Assembly (NCBI GenBank): GCA_016181765.1
Contig: JACOYR010000001.1
Coordinates: 93,062-157,061 of the forward strand
DNA: 64,000 nucleotides
Origin: Parcubacteria group bacterium
Lineage (GTDB): Bacteria; Patescibacteriota; Patescibacteriia; UBA2169
Reading direction: 5' to 3'
The position numbers were made by a program, and so were the translations under genes. The notes beneath the pieces are model-generated. The model made no database searches. It worked only from the letters and a program-made list of their open reading frames with translations, and was not told where the DNA came from. Positions 37,749-47,730 of this stretch are shown here, one piece after another. Each line of letters starts with the position of its first letter. Position 1 is the stretch's first letter.

Positions 37749-38897
37749 CTAGTCAACAAACTTTTTCTGCGAATACAATTTTATCTTGGCAAGCGTTTGC
37801 GCGATTTTGGCGCTGGTTCCTTTTTTGTAATAGATGGATGACGGCTCGTATGGCCCGTGGCTAACCTGCCGCTTGATGGCGCGCTTGATTTCAGCTTTGC
37901 CGTAACCAACGTCAACCACATTTCCAGCCCGCATGCGCCGGTTCTGGCGCGTGCCGATGTTCACCACCGGAACCCCGAGATATGAGCACTCTTTAATGCC
38001 GGCCGATGAATTGCCAACGAGGCATGACGCGCGCTTGAGAAGCCCAATGAACTGCTCCGGCGGCAAATGCTTGAGGAACCGCATGTGGTGCGGCTTTTTG
38101 AGCTCCCGAAACTCGCGGATTGCCTTGGAAACCTCGTCCGCGCCCGCGTCCACGTTCGGCCAGAACCAAACAGTCGGAATGTTAAGCGAACGGACGGCCT
38201 CAAGCGTTTCTGTAAGGTGAGCGCGGTTAGCGCCAATCTCACTCGTAACCGGGTGCTGCATTGCTATCAGAAACGGCTTGTCAATATCAACAACATCCCC
38301 CACGCCGAGCTGGTTGATGAGCTTCTCTGAAACGCGGAACCGATTGCGCGCCACGAACTCAATGTCAGTCGCACCCACGTTGAACACATACTTCGGATTC
38401 TCGCCCATGCGGATAATGCGCTCTGCCGACTGTTCATTAGTGGGAAAATGGATGTGGCTAAGCTTGCTAATGGCATGGCGCACGCTCTCGTCTATGGTGC
38501 CAGAAACGTCCCCGCCCTCTAGGTGCGCAACCGGAATGTTAAGGTATGCGGCAGCCACTGCGGCGGAGAGCACCTCGTACCGATCTCCGCGCACCACAAC
38601 AATGTCGGGCTTGAGGTTATCAAACGCGGTCGTAAATTCCATAATGCCAACACCCGCTGTTTTCGCCATGGCAACCGTGTTGCCGCCCTCAAGCGTCATG
38701 ACAATTTTATTGTTGACGGCAAAACCGTCACGTTCCAAATCATCCAAAACATTTCCATACATATCCAAGAGCGCGGAGGCGGCAACCACGATTGAAAGTT
38801 CCACGTCCGCGCGCTTGCGCAAGTGGAGAAGCACGAGCTTGCTGCGGCCGTAGTGGATTTTGGAAGTGATGACAAAACAAACTTTTCTCTTCTTCAT
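37749..38897 (-). CDS. neuC: Hydrolysing UDP-GlcNAc 2-epimerase (copy 1)
   Basis: GDRYE, HLEGGD.SGTIDE, GNSS, GTRQ. Confidence 0.9.
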   Translation of the reverse strand: MKKRKVCFVITSKIHYGRSKLVLLHLRKRADVELSIVVAASALLDMYGNVLDDLERDGFAVNNKIVMTLEGGNTVAMAKTAGVGIMEFTTAFDNLKPDIVVVRGDRYEVLSAAVAAAYLNIPVAHLEGGDVSGTIDESVRHAISKLSHIHFPTNEQSAERIIRMGENPKYVFNVGATDIEFVARNRFRVSEKLINQLGVGDVVDIDKPFLIAMQHPVTSEIGANRAHLTETLEAVRSLNIPTVWFWPNVDAGADEVSKAIREFRELKKPHHMRFLKHLPPEQFIGLLKRASCLVGNSSAGIKECSYLGVPVVNIGTRQNRRMRAGNVVDVGYGKAEIKRAIKRQVSHGPYEPSSIYYKKGTSAKIAQTLAKIKLYSQKKFVD

Positions 38898-38902
38898 ATT
38901 GC

Positions 38903-39985
38903 TTAACTGATTGAATCAGCGGTTATGGGATCATATTTTTTAAAATCTTTTGCTGCTTTCTTGCCGACAACATTCTCATACTCCTCGGAGGGTAAACCCC
39001 CTGCGTACTGCTGCGGCCGCATGGCATACACCATCTCTTTGGTGATAACTGTCCCTGACGGGATGTCTTGTCCGGCCATAAGCGACTTCCTGAATACCGG
39101 GCGGAATGACTTTTCGTGTTCATCCATCTCCTTAATTCCCAAACCATACGGCGCACTATCGCGCCTTTCAGTCTTCTGAATGGCCCGTATCATTTCCCGC
39201 AACTCATCCGGAGTCTGCGAAACCTTGTGGTCCGAACCCCATAAATCACGGCTTGCGGTAAAATGTTTTTCAATAATAGCCGCACCCTTCTCAACTGCCA
39301 CAAGCGCCGCATCATATCCCAGTGAATGGTCGGAAAACCCAACCGGCACGCCGTACCGCTTCTTAAGGTATGGAATAGTGTCCAAAAACAATTCTTCCGG
39401 CGGGCACGGATATTTTGAGACGCAGTGCAGGATTGCAATCTTATCAGTCCGCTCTTTAAGGAACGCCACGGACCGATCCAGTTCTTCTATAGTGCTCATA
39501 CCCGAAGAAAGGATAATGGGCTTTTTTGTTTCCGCGAGATAATCAAGCAGTACGAAATCCAGCATATCCCCGGAGCCAACTTTCCAAAGTGGAAAATCAA
39601 GAGATGCAACGCGCTGTGCCGCGCCCCGGCTCATAGGCGTCGTGAACATCACGATATCCAAACTGTCTGCGTACTCTTTCAATGCTTTCCAGAATTCCAG
39701 CGGAGTTGCTTCGGTATTTCGTTTTACCCAAGAATATCGGTCTGCGCCGTCAAAATGCGGAGACGTAATCTGAATATTCAGCTGCTCATCTTCTACATTG
39801 TGCGTCTGAAACTTGACTGCGTCGGCGCCCGCGTCTTTTGCCGCCTTTATCAAATTCTTAGCATTTTCAAGATACACCTTGCGATCATCCTCTTCTTTCT
39901 GGATGAAATTCTTTCCAATTTCCGCAACCACAAACACGCCTTCTTGTGTCTTCTTCCAAATTACATCATGGTCGCGCATATGCAT
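38903..39985 (-). CDS. neuB: Nonulosonate synthase, NeuB family (copy 1, atypical AEIGKNF)
   Basis: DAVKFQ, KVGSGD, GFSDH, IEKHFT, C-terminal SAF domain. Confidence 0.88.
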   Translation of the reverse strand: MHMRDHDVIWKKTQEGVFVVAEIGKNFIQKEEDDRKVYLENAKNLIKAAKDAGADAVKFQTHNVEDEQLNIQITSPHFDGADRYSWVKRNTEATPLEFWKALKEYADSLDIVMFTTPMSRGAAQRVASLDFPLWKVGSGDMLDFVLLDYLAETKKPIILSSGMSTIEELDRSVAFLKERTDKIAILHCVSKYPCPPEELFLDTIPYLKKRYGVPVGFSDHSLGYDAALVAVEKGAAIIEKHFTASRDLWGSDHKVSQTPDELREMIRAIQKTERRDSAPYGLGIKEMDEHEKSFRPVFRKSLMAGQDIPSGTVITKEMVYAMRPQQYAGGLPSEEYENVVGKKAAKDFKKYDPITADSIS

Positions 39986-39988
39986 CTG

Positions 39989-41242
39989 TTAACTCACTTT
40001 GTACCGCAACTGCCAGGTATCCCCTTCTTTCTTCCAGAGCAACGGGTCGCGGAATGTATCAACCGTCTCCCAAAACTTCTCTTCCGTAATATCAGCGTAC
40101 TCTAAAAATTCCTTAAAGTACTTCTTGGGGAACTCCCCGTCAAACCGATTTACCAGCGCAACGCCCTCCTCCCGCGTGATGTGCCGATGCCGGATTTCCG
40201 ACGCCGCATCCTGTGTGGCGCGGCCGTAGCCGAACTTGATGTACGTAGTGTAATAGAAAAACCCGTCTGTCTTGTCATCCAAACTTACATACTTGGTGTA
40301 CGTGCCTTCGGTGCGCATGGGGTTTGTTTCAAAACCCGCGTTCTCTACGGCGTAGTAATAGCACTCCTGCGGAATCCATTTGAGATAGTACCCTAAAAAA
40401 TGAAACTCAATTCCCGATTCTCGCGCAAGCCGCGGGTCAAGCGGCAGGTACGGTGATAAATCCCCTTCTGAAACACCCGCCTTCAGATACTCTGAAACCT
40501 TTTTTCCGCCGAGATATATTTTGTCGTAATCAGTCGTATCATCCACATAATCAAGCCGAAATCCCGAACTTTTGTGGCCCGTGCTTTCTGCTTCTTTCAA
40601 GATATACCTGTTCTGCGTAATGGGCGTGTTGCCTCCGTTTTCTCCCGGGCTTGGGCCGTAGAACACCAGCGGTATGCCGAACCGGGCCGCCATTTTAATG
40701 GGAAACGTCTTTTGCCCCAGAATGAACGGCTGGAACGGGTGCAAGAGGTTCAAGAAAGCGTTCTTGGTGAGCAGGCGGTGCACCTCCCCGTTCGGGGTAA
40801 ACAAATAGTTGTCGTGCCCTGCGATATGTATCCAGTTCTGGAAATTCTTCCATCCGATATCCGTGTACAAATGCGGCGCCCAGGTCACGGTTAAGGGGTG
40901 CATATTGTATTTTGTCTTGAGGATGTGGGACGCGTACACGCTGTCCTTGCCTCCGCTCCCCGGAACCAAACAGTCGTATGAGCCGTCCTTTGAACGGTAC
41001 TTATCCAGCAACGCACATAATTCTTCCTCCCGCTCTTTCCAATTTATGGTTCCGTCAAATTTTGCATCGCAAAACCGGCACGCGCTACATACGCCTTCTT
41101 CATCAAACTCAATATAGTCGTGCCCGCGCGCTACCTGGTGCGTGTACTCGTTTGAGGCCGTGGGCCTGGTGTTCGGGATAACGCACCGCTTGCAGAATTT
41201 TACCTCTTGCGGAAGGCCGTATTTTGGTTCTTGGCGTATCAT
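39989..41242 (-). CDS. N-acetyl sugar amidotransferase (WbuX/PseA-like)
   Basis: CKRC...CSAC, PP-loop SGGKDS. Confidence 0.88.
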   Translation of the reverse strand: MIRQEPKYGLPQEVKFCKRCVIPNTRPTASNEYTHQVARGHDYIEFDEEGVCSACRFCDAKFDGTINWKEREEELCALLDKYRSKDGSYDCLVPGSGGKDSVYASHILKTKYNMHPLTVTWAPHLYTDIGWKNFQNWIHIAGHDNYLFTPNGEVHRLLTKNAFLNLLHPFQPFILGQKTFPIKMAARFGIPLVFYGPSPGENGGNTPITQNRYILKEAESTGHKSSGFRLDYVDDTTDYDKIYLGGKKVSEYLKAGVSEGDLSPYLPLDPRLARESGIEFHFLGYYLKWIPQECYYYAVENAGFETNPMRTEGTYTKYVSLDDKTDGFFYYTTYIKFGYGRATQDAASEIRHRHITREEGVALVNRFDGEFPKKYFKEFLEYADITEEKFWETVDTFRDPLLWKKEGDTWQLRYKVS

Positions 41243-41874
41243 ACGAGTGAAAAAAAATTCTTGAAAATCTGAATGCCGAGAGTGCCGCTTTTCTCCGGAT
41301 GGAACTGGACTCCGTAGGTATTTTCTTTCTCAATTACAGCTGGAATTGAACTTTTACAATACCACGTATTGGCTGCTACGTCAACTAAATTAGTAGGATA
41401 TCCGGCATATGAATGAACAAAATATGCCTGCGAGCCCGGCTTTATTCCCTTAAGCAAGTGGCCGCGAAATTCATCCCCGTCTGGAGGCAGAAGCGTGTTC
41501 CAGCCGATGTGCGGAATTTTACAGAACGGCTCATTGGGAACTGAAATCTTTTTTACTTCACCGGGGATAATGCCAAGCCCCTGCTGCTCCCCGAACTCAT
41601 AGCTCTTGTCAAATAAAAATTGCATGCCCAAACAAATTCCCAAAAGCGGCTTGCCGGCCTTGACCTCATCAAGAACAGCTTGTTTAAAACCCCGCTTTTC
41701 AAATTCAGCCATGCCGTCTCCAAATGCGCCCACTCCGGGCAGAACCAGCGCATCCGCGCCGGATATATCCTCGGGATGTTCGGATGGGGAAACGTCTGCG
41801 CCCGCGTACGCGAGCGCTTTTTTGAGGCCGAACAAATTGCCGAGTCCGTAGTCAATGATGAGTATTTTTTTCAT
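41239..41874 (-). CDS. HisH-like glutamine amidotransferase (WbuY-like)
   Basis: PGVG, GICLGMQ, QFHPEKS; glycan-cluster context. Confidence 0.88.
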   Translation of the reverse strand: MKKILIIDYGLGNLFGLKKALAYAGADVSPSEHPEDISGADALVLPGVGAFGDGMAEFEKRGFKQAVLDEVKAGKPLLGICLGMQFLFDKSYEFGEQQGLGIIPGEVKKISVPNEPFCKIPHIGWNTLLPPDGDEFRGHLLKGIKPGSQAYFVHSYAGYPTNLVDVAANTWYCKSSIPAVIEKENTYGVQFHPEKSGTLGIQIFKNFFSLV

Positions 41875-42638
41875 ATCCGAACCGGTATGGAATTATTCCG
41901 TAACGCTTCTTTTACTGATTGAATGGAGTGCTTGTTGTAATGGAATATGTGCGCCGCAGACACCGCGTCCGCGCATCCCGCCGTAATGACTTCAACCATG
42001 TCTTTGGGCTTTCCAGCGCCGCCGCACGCAATTACCGGAACCGGAACGTGCGGCGCGATGCGTGCAACGAGCTCCACATCATACCCCTTAGCAGTGCCCT
42101 CCTGGTCTATTGAGGTAACAAGCAGCTCCCCGGCCCCAAGATCAACAAGTTTTTGGGCCCACGTAACCGCGTCCAGGCCGGTTTCAACTCGGCCGTTGTC
42201 CGTGTATGCCTCCCACCTTCCTTCGCCAACGCGCTTTGCCTCAATGGATCCCACAATGCACTGCGCCCCGAACGCATGCGCCGCTTTGGTGATGAATGCG
42301 GGGTTTTTAACCGCATAGGTATTAATGGCGACCTTGTCCGCCCCGGCGCGCAGAATGCGCTTAATATCCTCAATGGACCGGATGCCGCCGCCTGCGGTAA
42401 GCGGGATAAATATGCGCTCTGAAGCTTTTTCCACGATATCCAGCAAATTGTTGCGGCCGTACAAACTGGCAACAATGTCCATATAGATAAGCTCGTCAGC
42501 GCCCCCTTCATAATAGCGCTTTGCCATGTCCTCGGGATCGCCGACCACGCGCAACGCTTCAAGATGCACGCCCTTTATGACGTTGGGGCCTTTTACATCC
42601 AAACGCGGGATGACTCTAATTGTTTTTGGAATGCCCAT
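41871..42638 (-). CDS. HisF-like cyclase subunit (WbuZ-like)
   Basis: IPRLD, GGGIR, TSIDQEG. Confidence 0.88.
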   Translation of the reverse strand: MGIPKTIRVIPRLDVKGPNVIKGVHLEALRVVGDPEDMAKRYYEGGADELIYMDIVASLYGRNNLLDIVEKASERIFIPLTAGGGIRSIEDIKRILRAGADKVAINTYAVKNPAFITKAAHAFGAQCIVGSIEAKRVGEGRWEAYTDNGRVETGLDAVTWAQKLVDLGAGELLVTSIDQEGTAKGYDVELVARIAPHVPVPVIACGGAGKPKDMVEVITAGCADAVSAAHIFHYNKHSIQSVKEALRNNSIPVRI

Positions 42639-42662
42639 GGTATCATCTGTGAAGCTGAAAAT

Positions 42663-43328
42663 TTAAGAAAACCAGCCGCGCACTTTAAAGTAGTATTTCC
42701 TTGTAAAAACAAGCGTTTCCCAGAACATGAAATCCAGCCACCTCGCAATCGCTGAATGCGAGCGCTTGCAGCGCACTTCTAGTCCGCCCACCCATTTTTT
42801 GCCTTGGACGTATATTTGCTTGTGCACCCGAAACGCGCATACGTACTTTTTCTGGAGCGCCCGGCGGACCAGATCGCGCTGCAGCCCGCGGTACCCTTCT
42901 ATATATACCGCATCTACTGAATCCAGATATTCCAAAAACAACTGCGCCGCCAGAGGATACCCTCCGTCCCCCACGAGCCCGTTGCCGCCGTCAATAACCA
43001 CCACGCCATAATATTTTCCTGGCGGCAGCATCCGGTAGGTATCAATGATCTGGAAACGACCCTCAAATTCGGCTAAATTCTTTTTAAGCTCCCTGCGGCA
43101 AAATTCATTATCTTCGTAGATATCCAGAAAAGCATTGGAATGTTTTAACAGAGTATAGCTCAACGCGCCAATACCGCCACCCATCTCCAAAATCCTCTCA
43201 GGATTCGTGTCCCTGCAAATGTTGATAAGCGCATCTATGCTCACGGGCTTGCCAATATGTTCAGAACCGGGAAAACCTTGAAAACGGTTATAAATTCCAA
43301 CTGATTCACTTGAAGGTTGAATATTCAT
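42663..43328 (-). CDS. Methyltransferase-fold hypothetical protein
   Basis: ILEMGGGIG SAM-binding-like motif, IDG. Confidence 0.6.
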   Translation of the reverse strand: MNIQPSSESVGIYNRFQGFPGSEHIGKPVSIDALINICRDTNPERILEMGGGIGALSYTLLKHSNAFLDIYEDNEFCRRELKKNLAEFEGRFQIIDTYRMLPPGKYYGVVVIDGGNGLVGDGGYPLAAQLFLEYLDSVDAVYIEGYRGLQRDLVRRALQKKYVCAFRVHKQIYVQGKKWVGGLEVRCKRSHSAIARWLDFMFWETLVFTRKYYFKVRGWFS

Positions 43329-43360
43329 GTATTGTTTAATCACTGCTAATCACACTCTTG

Positions 43361-44173
43361 CTATTTAACTCCCACCATAAAATGTTCTTGGGAAAGCAAA
43401 GCAGAACTTTTAAAAGGATGCTGCAGAAAACGATCGCGAACCCGGAATATGCGTTCGTATAATGCGGCAAGGCGCTGTTCGGCGGGCTGGCTGACGGGAG
43501 TGAATATGGGGAACGGGTTTGCGTGGAATGTATACACGTCCGTAAAGCCCGCTGCCCGCGCTTTTGCGGCATACTGGGCCGGAGTTTCACTGGTTCGGAA
43601 ATAATCTTTTTTGTGCTCCTCTTTATGGTGGGCAATCCTACGCGCCGCGCGGTAGATACGGTTAAGAGCCTGGACTGATGCCTTTTTAGGGATGTTGATG
43701 GAAACCAGCACCCCGCCTTTTTTAAGGACGCGGTACTGTTCGCGCAAAAGCGACATATAGTCCGGAACATGCTCAAGCAGGCCCACGGACATGGTCATAT
43801 CAAACGAATCATCCGCGAATGGAAGCCTTGCCGCATCCGCGCGGAGAATGTCTCCTTCGCCGTTGTGGAGCGCGAAATTTTCTTTTGCCAGCGCAACCGC
43901 GTCCTCCGAAATATCGGTTGCCGCAACGCGGACGCCAAAATAGCGGTTAAGGTACAGCGCCATGGTGCCGCGTCCGCAGCCGATTTCAAGCGCTGTTTTT
44001 ACTCCGTGCTTTTTCGCAATCTCGGCAATCAGCTCAAACTCACGGAACAGGATAAACTGGCGCTGCGTATGCGGAACATAACCCTGTGGCACAAACACGG
44101 AACGCTCTTCCTGATAGCCGCCCTTGAGCGCAGATGCCCATTTTGATTCAAATGCCTTGTTGTTATTTTCCAT
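43361..44173 (-). CDS. Class I SAM-dependent methyltransferase
   Basis: LEIGCGRG, LPFADDSFD, LKKGG. Confidence 0.88.
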   Translation of the reverse strand: MENNNKAFESKWASALKGGYQEERSVFVPQGYVPHTQRQFILFREFELIAEIAKKHGVKTALEIGCGRGTMALYLNRYFGVRVAATDISEDAVALAKENFALHNGEGDILRADAARLPFADDSFDMTMSVGLLEHVPDYMSLLREQYRVLKKGGVLVSINIPKKASVQALNRIYRAARRIAHHKEEHKKDYFRTSETPAQYAAKARAAGFTDVYTFHANPFPIFTPVSQPAEQRLAALYERIFRVRDRFLQHPFKSSALLSQEHFMVGVK

Positions 44174-45557
44174 AGTGTGCTTGCGCACCGCACGCTACGG
44201 CGTCCGCATACCGTTCGCCGCTCTTACCATCCAACTTAAAGCAGAGGCGCGCGCATACCGCCTTCTGGCTGTCCGCCAGCCGGTTTGATTCGCGCAGAAG
44301 CGTATTAATGGTTTCGCGAAGCGATTCGGGGTCACGCGCAACCAAAGCGGGGCGGTAGCGCATAAGCTCCGTATAGTAATCGCACACATACCAGCGCGCG
44401 CTGCTGGCATGGAATGGTTTTTTCTCGTATCCATCAAAGGTAATAAGTACTGTAGGCGTGCCGAGCGCTGCCGCATCCAGCGTAAGTGTTGAGCCGGTAT
44501 TCACCAGGACATCGGCATGGCGCACCACACTTAAAAAATGGTTCATGTGTCCCGTGGAATAGTCCCACTCATCTCGAAATCCCTTTGAAGGATGATTGTA
44601 TGTATCTATAACCACGCCGGGCTTGCCTGCCAGCGAACCAAACTTTTTTTCGTCATTTTTGTATCCGAAGTGGGGGCGGATAAACAGCTGGCAGTCTTGG
44701 CACAACATGCGTTTGTCCACGAAATCAGATAGCATCTCCGCAATAGGAACATCAGACAGCATCACTTTTCCTTCTGAACCAAAACATATAATCTTCTTTT
44801 TTGGATTAAGCCCCACCCGCAAGCAAAAATCTTCGCGCGACTCATGCCGGGAACGGTCCGTGTAGTAATCAAACTGGGGTATGCCCATCACCTCCACTTC
44901 GGTATCTCGATAATCCTGAAGCCGCATCATTTGCTCCTTCATATACGGACTCCACACGAACACCTTATCGGCTTTTGCACGGAAGTAGCGTTTTGAGGGG
45001 TTGTCCCACGTCTTTGGCATGGCAAAAACCGGAATCTGTTGGCGGCGCGCCGCTTTTATGATTGCTTCTTCTTCTATAATATTGGTAGCAAATACGACAC
45101 TTGGCTGGTATTTTTCAAATAACTGCTTATAGTGCGCGACTGCTTGCTTCTGTAAAAACAAATAATCAAGTCGCTGCAAGGCGCGGCGCGCCCAGGAGAC
45201 ATGTGAGAGGGGTTGGAACACCATCCGGATCGCGGTAAACTTAACCAGCTTAAAAATCCACGCAAGCCTCCCAGATATTTCTATGTACCAGTATAATCCC
45301 CGGCCAACAGTACTCTCGTTGAATATCAGGAACTTATACAATCGCGTAACCAGCGTGTCCCAAAACGTATCCTGTTCCACGGGCATGGAAACCATTTCCA
45401 CGTTGGGCGCGCCAAACGCCTCGCGAAAGCGCGCGTCATGCGCCGCGGGCGTCACAATCACAACCTTTTCAAAACGCCGCTTTACCGAATCGTAAAACGC
45501 GTTCTGCAGCATGTTGCGCGCAATTGCGCCGCGTGAAATAGTGAGGAGGAGGGTCAT
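44163..45557 (-). CDS. GT-B protein of CDP-glycerol glycerophosphotransferase-like family (copy 1)
   Basis: PKTWDN, GIPQFD, RPH, STLTLDA. Confidence 0.75.
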   Translation of the reverse strand: MTLLLTISRGAIARNMLQNAFYDSVKRRFEKVVIVTPAAHDARFREAFGAPNVEMVSMPVEQDTFWDTLVTRLYKFLIFNESTVGRGLYWYIEISGRLAWIFKLVKFTAIRMVFQPLSHVSWARRALQRLDYLFLQKQAVAHYKQLFEKYQPSVVFATNIIEEEAIIKAARRQQIPVFAMPKTWDNPSKRYFRAKADKVFVWSPYMKEQMMRLQDYRDTEVEVMGIPQFDYYTDRSRHESREDFCLRVGLNPKKKIICFGSEGKVMLSDVPIAEMLSDFVDKRMLCQDCQLFIRPHFGYKNDEKKFGSLAGKPGVVIDTYNHPSKGFRDEWDYSTGHMNHFLSVVRHADVLVNTGSTLTLDAAALGTPTVLITFDGYEKKPFHASSARWYVCDYYTELMRYRPALVARDPESLRETINTLLRESNRLADSQKAVCARLCFKLDGKSGERYADAVACGAQAHYGK

Positions 45558-45567
45558 GGCAAAAAAA

Positions 45568-46593
45568 TTATCCGTTCTGCTGCATCCGCTGCAGCATTTT
45601 TTTAATTTCATCCACAGAAAGCTTTTTAACATTCTTGGAACTATACTCCGTAACCTGCCCCTTTTTTGCGCCGGGATACAGCGGTGCCTTTTTTTTGGCA
45701 TCCGGAACTTCCTGTGGAACAATAACAAACATGTCCTTGGTTTCGAGAGAATTCTCTGCCTCCTCTGCGGTGAGCAGCTTTTCGTGTATGCGCTCTCCGT
45801 TCCGCTTGCCAATCGTCTTAATGGCAACCTTCAGCGCCGCGCTGTTGCCACCGTTTTCCAGCTCCACAACCGCTTTTGCCAGATCTTTAATTTTCAAGGC
45901 AGGCATCTTAAAAATAAAAATCTCCCGGTCCCTCATGAGTGTTGCGGCCTTAAACACAAGGCTGACTGCATCCTGAATAGTCATAAAAAACCTGGTCATG
46001 CTTGGGTCGGTAATAGTAAGGGGTCCGCCTTGCCGAATCTGGCTTTGCAGGAGCGGCACTACGGAACCGCGACTGCCCAGCACATTACCAAAACGCACAA
46101 AACAGAACTTAGTCCTATGCGCGCCTTTGTAAAAATATGTGGCAAGCATAATCTTCTCCGCAAGAAGCTTGGTGCATCCCATAACACTCATAGGGCTTGC
46201 CGCTTTGTCCGTTGAAATGCCGATGACCTTTTCGACATCGTTCGCGAATGCGCAGTCAATCACGTTCTGCGTTCCCTGCACATTGGTTTTAACCGCCTCA
46301 AACGGATTATTCTCACAAGAGGTAACATGCTTAAGCGCGGCTGCATGAAATACAATATCAACATTTTCCATGGCCATATTGAGCCGCTCCTTGTCCCGGA
46401 TGTCGCCAACCAAAAACCTGACTCTCGAATCGCCTCCAAGCTCCTGTTCCAGCTCAAACTGCTTGCTCTCGTCCCGGCTATATATTCGGACCTGTTTCGG
46501 ATTGTAGGTTAAAAGCTGGCGCACAATCGCCGACCCGATGGTGCCCGTTCCTCCGGTCACTAAAATCCGTTTGCCGATAAATTCATTTTTCAT
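45568..46593 (-). CDS. UDP-GlcNAc 4,6-dehydratase family (PseB/FnlA-like)
   Basis: TGGTGTIG, HAAALKHV, STDKA, RFGNVLGSRGS. Confidence 0.9.
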   Translation of the reverse strand: MKNEFIGKRILVTGGTGTIGSAIVRQLLTYNPKQVRIYSRDESKQFELEQELGGDSRVRFLVGDIRDKERLNMAMENVDIVFHAAALKHVTSCENNPFEAVKTNVQGTQNVIDCAFANDVEKVIGISTDKAASPMSVMGCTKLLAEKIMLATYFYKGAHRTKFCFVRFGNVLGSRGSVVPLLQSQIRQGGPLTITDPSMTRFFMTIQDAVSLVFKAATLMRDREIFIFKMPALKIKDLAKAVVELENGGNSAALKVAIKTIGKRNGERIHEKLLTAEEAENSLETKDMFVIVPQEVPDAKKKAPLYPGAKKGQVTEYSSKNVKKLSVDEIKKMLQRMQQNG

Positions 46594-46640
46594 ACAGTTC
46601 ACGCCGCTTAATAACAAATAATAAATACTCTTCCGCCAAG

Positions 46641-47045
46641 CTATACTGCTTCAAGGTTGCGCATGACTTTCGCAGGAACGCCATACGCAACAACATTATC
46701 CGGAATGTCTTTGGTTACAAAGGAGAAAGCCCCGACAATGGCATTCTCTCCTATGGTAACGCCCGGCATAATAACCGAATGGCTCCCGATTTTGCAATTT
46801 TTCTTAAGCGTCACTTTCCCCTCTTTGCCGTCAATGGTTGATATTGAATAAATCGAACAATGCGACCCAATCTGGACATGGTCCCCGATATCAACCCCGT
46901 TCTTAGCATTTATGTAGGTAAAAGCGCCAATATCGGTATGGGAACCCAGTATAAACTGCGGCACATGCCGCACAACCCAGTGCCAGCGGGTGGGTTTTCC
47001 TTCCTCAATAACCGGAGCTTCCCATGAATCAAATCGTGATTGCAT
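46641..47045 (-). CDS. Hexapeptide acyltransferase
   Basis: Hexapeptide repeats and GVPAK. Confidence 0.85.
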   Translation of the reverse strand: MQSRFDSWEAPVIEEGKPTRWHWVVRHVPQFILGSHTDIGAFTYINAKNGVDIGDHVQIGSHCSIYSISTIDGKEGKVTLKKNCKIGSHSVIMPGVTIGENAIVGAFSFVTKDIPDNVVAYGVPAKVMRNLEAV

Positions 47046-47055
47046 ACAGTTCTTG

Positions 47056-47730
47056 TTACGTGTTATTAGAATGCTCAACTCCCCGTACGAGCATAAACGC
47101 TTCAGCAACCGCAACCCCGGCCTCAGAACCCCGAACTTTTGCCAGTGCTTCCAGAAGCTCCAAGGACCGCGGGTGGGGGTACTCCCGCATTTCAGAAGAA
47201 TATGCCTTCATTGCGCCTAGCTTTACCTGCAGACCCTCCTGCGAAATCCCTACATAATAGGTGGGAACAAAATTCCCCAGGATTCTCCCCCACTCGGTTT
47301 CTGATACGGTTTCGTAGCACAGGATTTTTTGTATGCGCAGACCATGGAGCGGTCTGGTTGCGACCAATCCTGCCTCAAAAACTAATCGGTGATCTTTGTT
47401 TAAGTCCCCTCCGTGGGGAAGGAGAACAACATCCGGATTAATTTCTTTAACTACGTCCAGCAAAGCGTTGTTCAGCTCTTTTTGCGGAATCGTATCCAGT
47501 TTTGCGGCGGGCAAATCTAAAAGAAACGTCTTTTTAATCTGAAGTATGCGGTGCGCATCTTCTATCTCGCGACGCCGATTTGTTATGAACTCCGCGGACC
47601 AATCCGGCGTGTATGCGCTCGTCACAATGCAGACGTACACGTGATGTCCGTCTTTGACGTATTGCGCAATTGAACCACCGCAACCAAGTACTTCATCATC
47701 AGCATGCGATGCAATAACAAGAATATTCAT
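47056..47730 (-). CDS. PIG-L family deacetylase
   Basis: HADDE and DH motifs. Confidence 0.9.
   Translation of the reverse strand: MNILVIASHADDEVLGCGGSIAQYVKDGHHVYVCIVTSAYTPDWSAEFITNRRREIEDAHRILQIKKTFLLDLPAAKLDTIPQKELNNALLDVVKEINPDVVLLPHGGDLNKDHRLVFEAGLVATRPLHGLRIQKILCYETVSETEWGRILGNFVPTYYVGISQEGLQVKLGAMKAYSSEMREYPHPRSLELLEALAKVRGSEAGVAVAEAFMLVRGVEHSNNT

Noticed and set aside
41239-42638. hisH/hisF as histidine biosynthesis
   Set aside because: They are coupled to an N-acetyl sugar amidotransferase in a glycan cluster and no other his genes are present.
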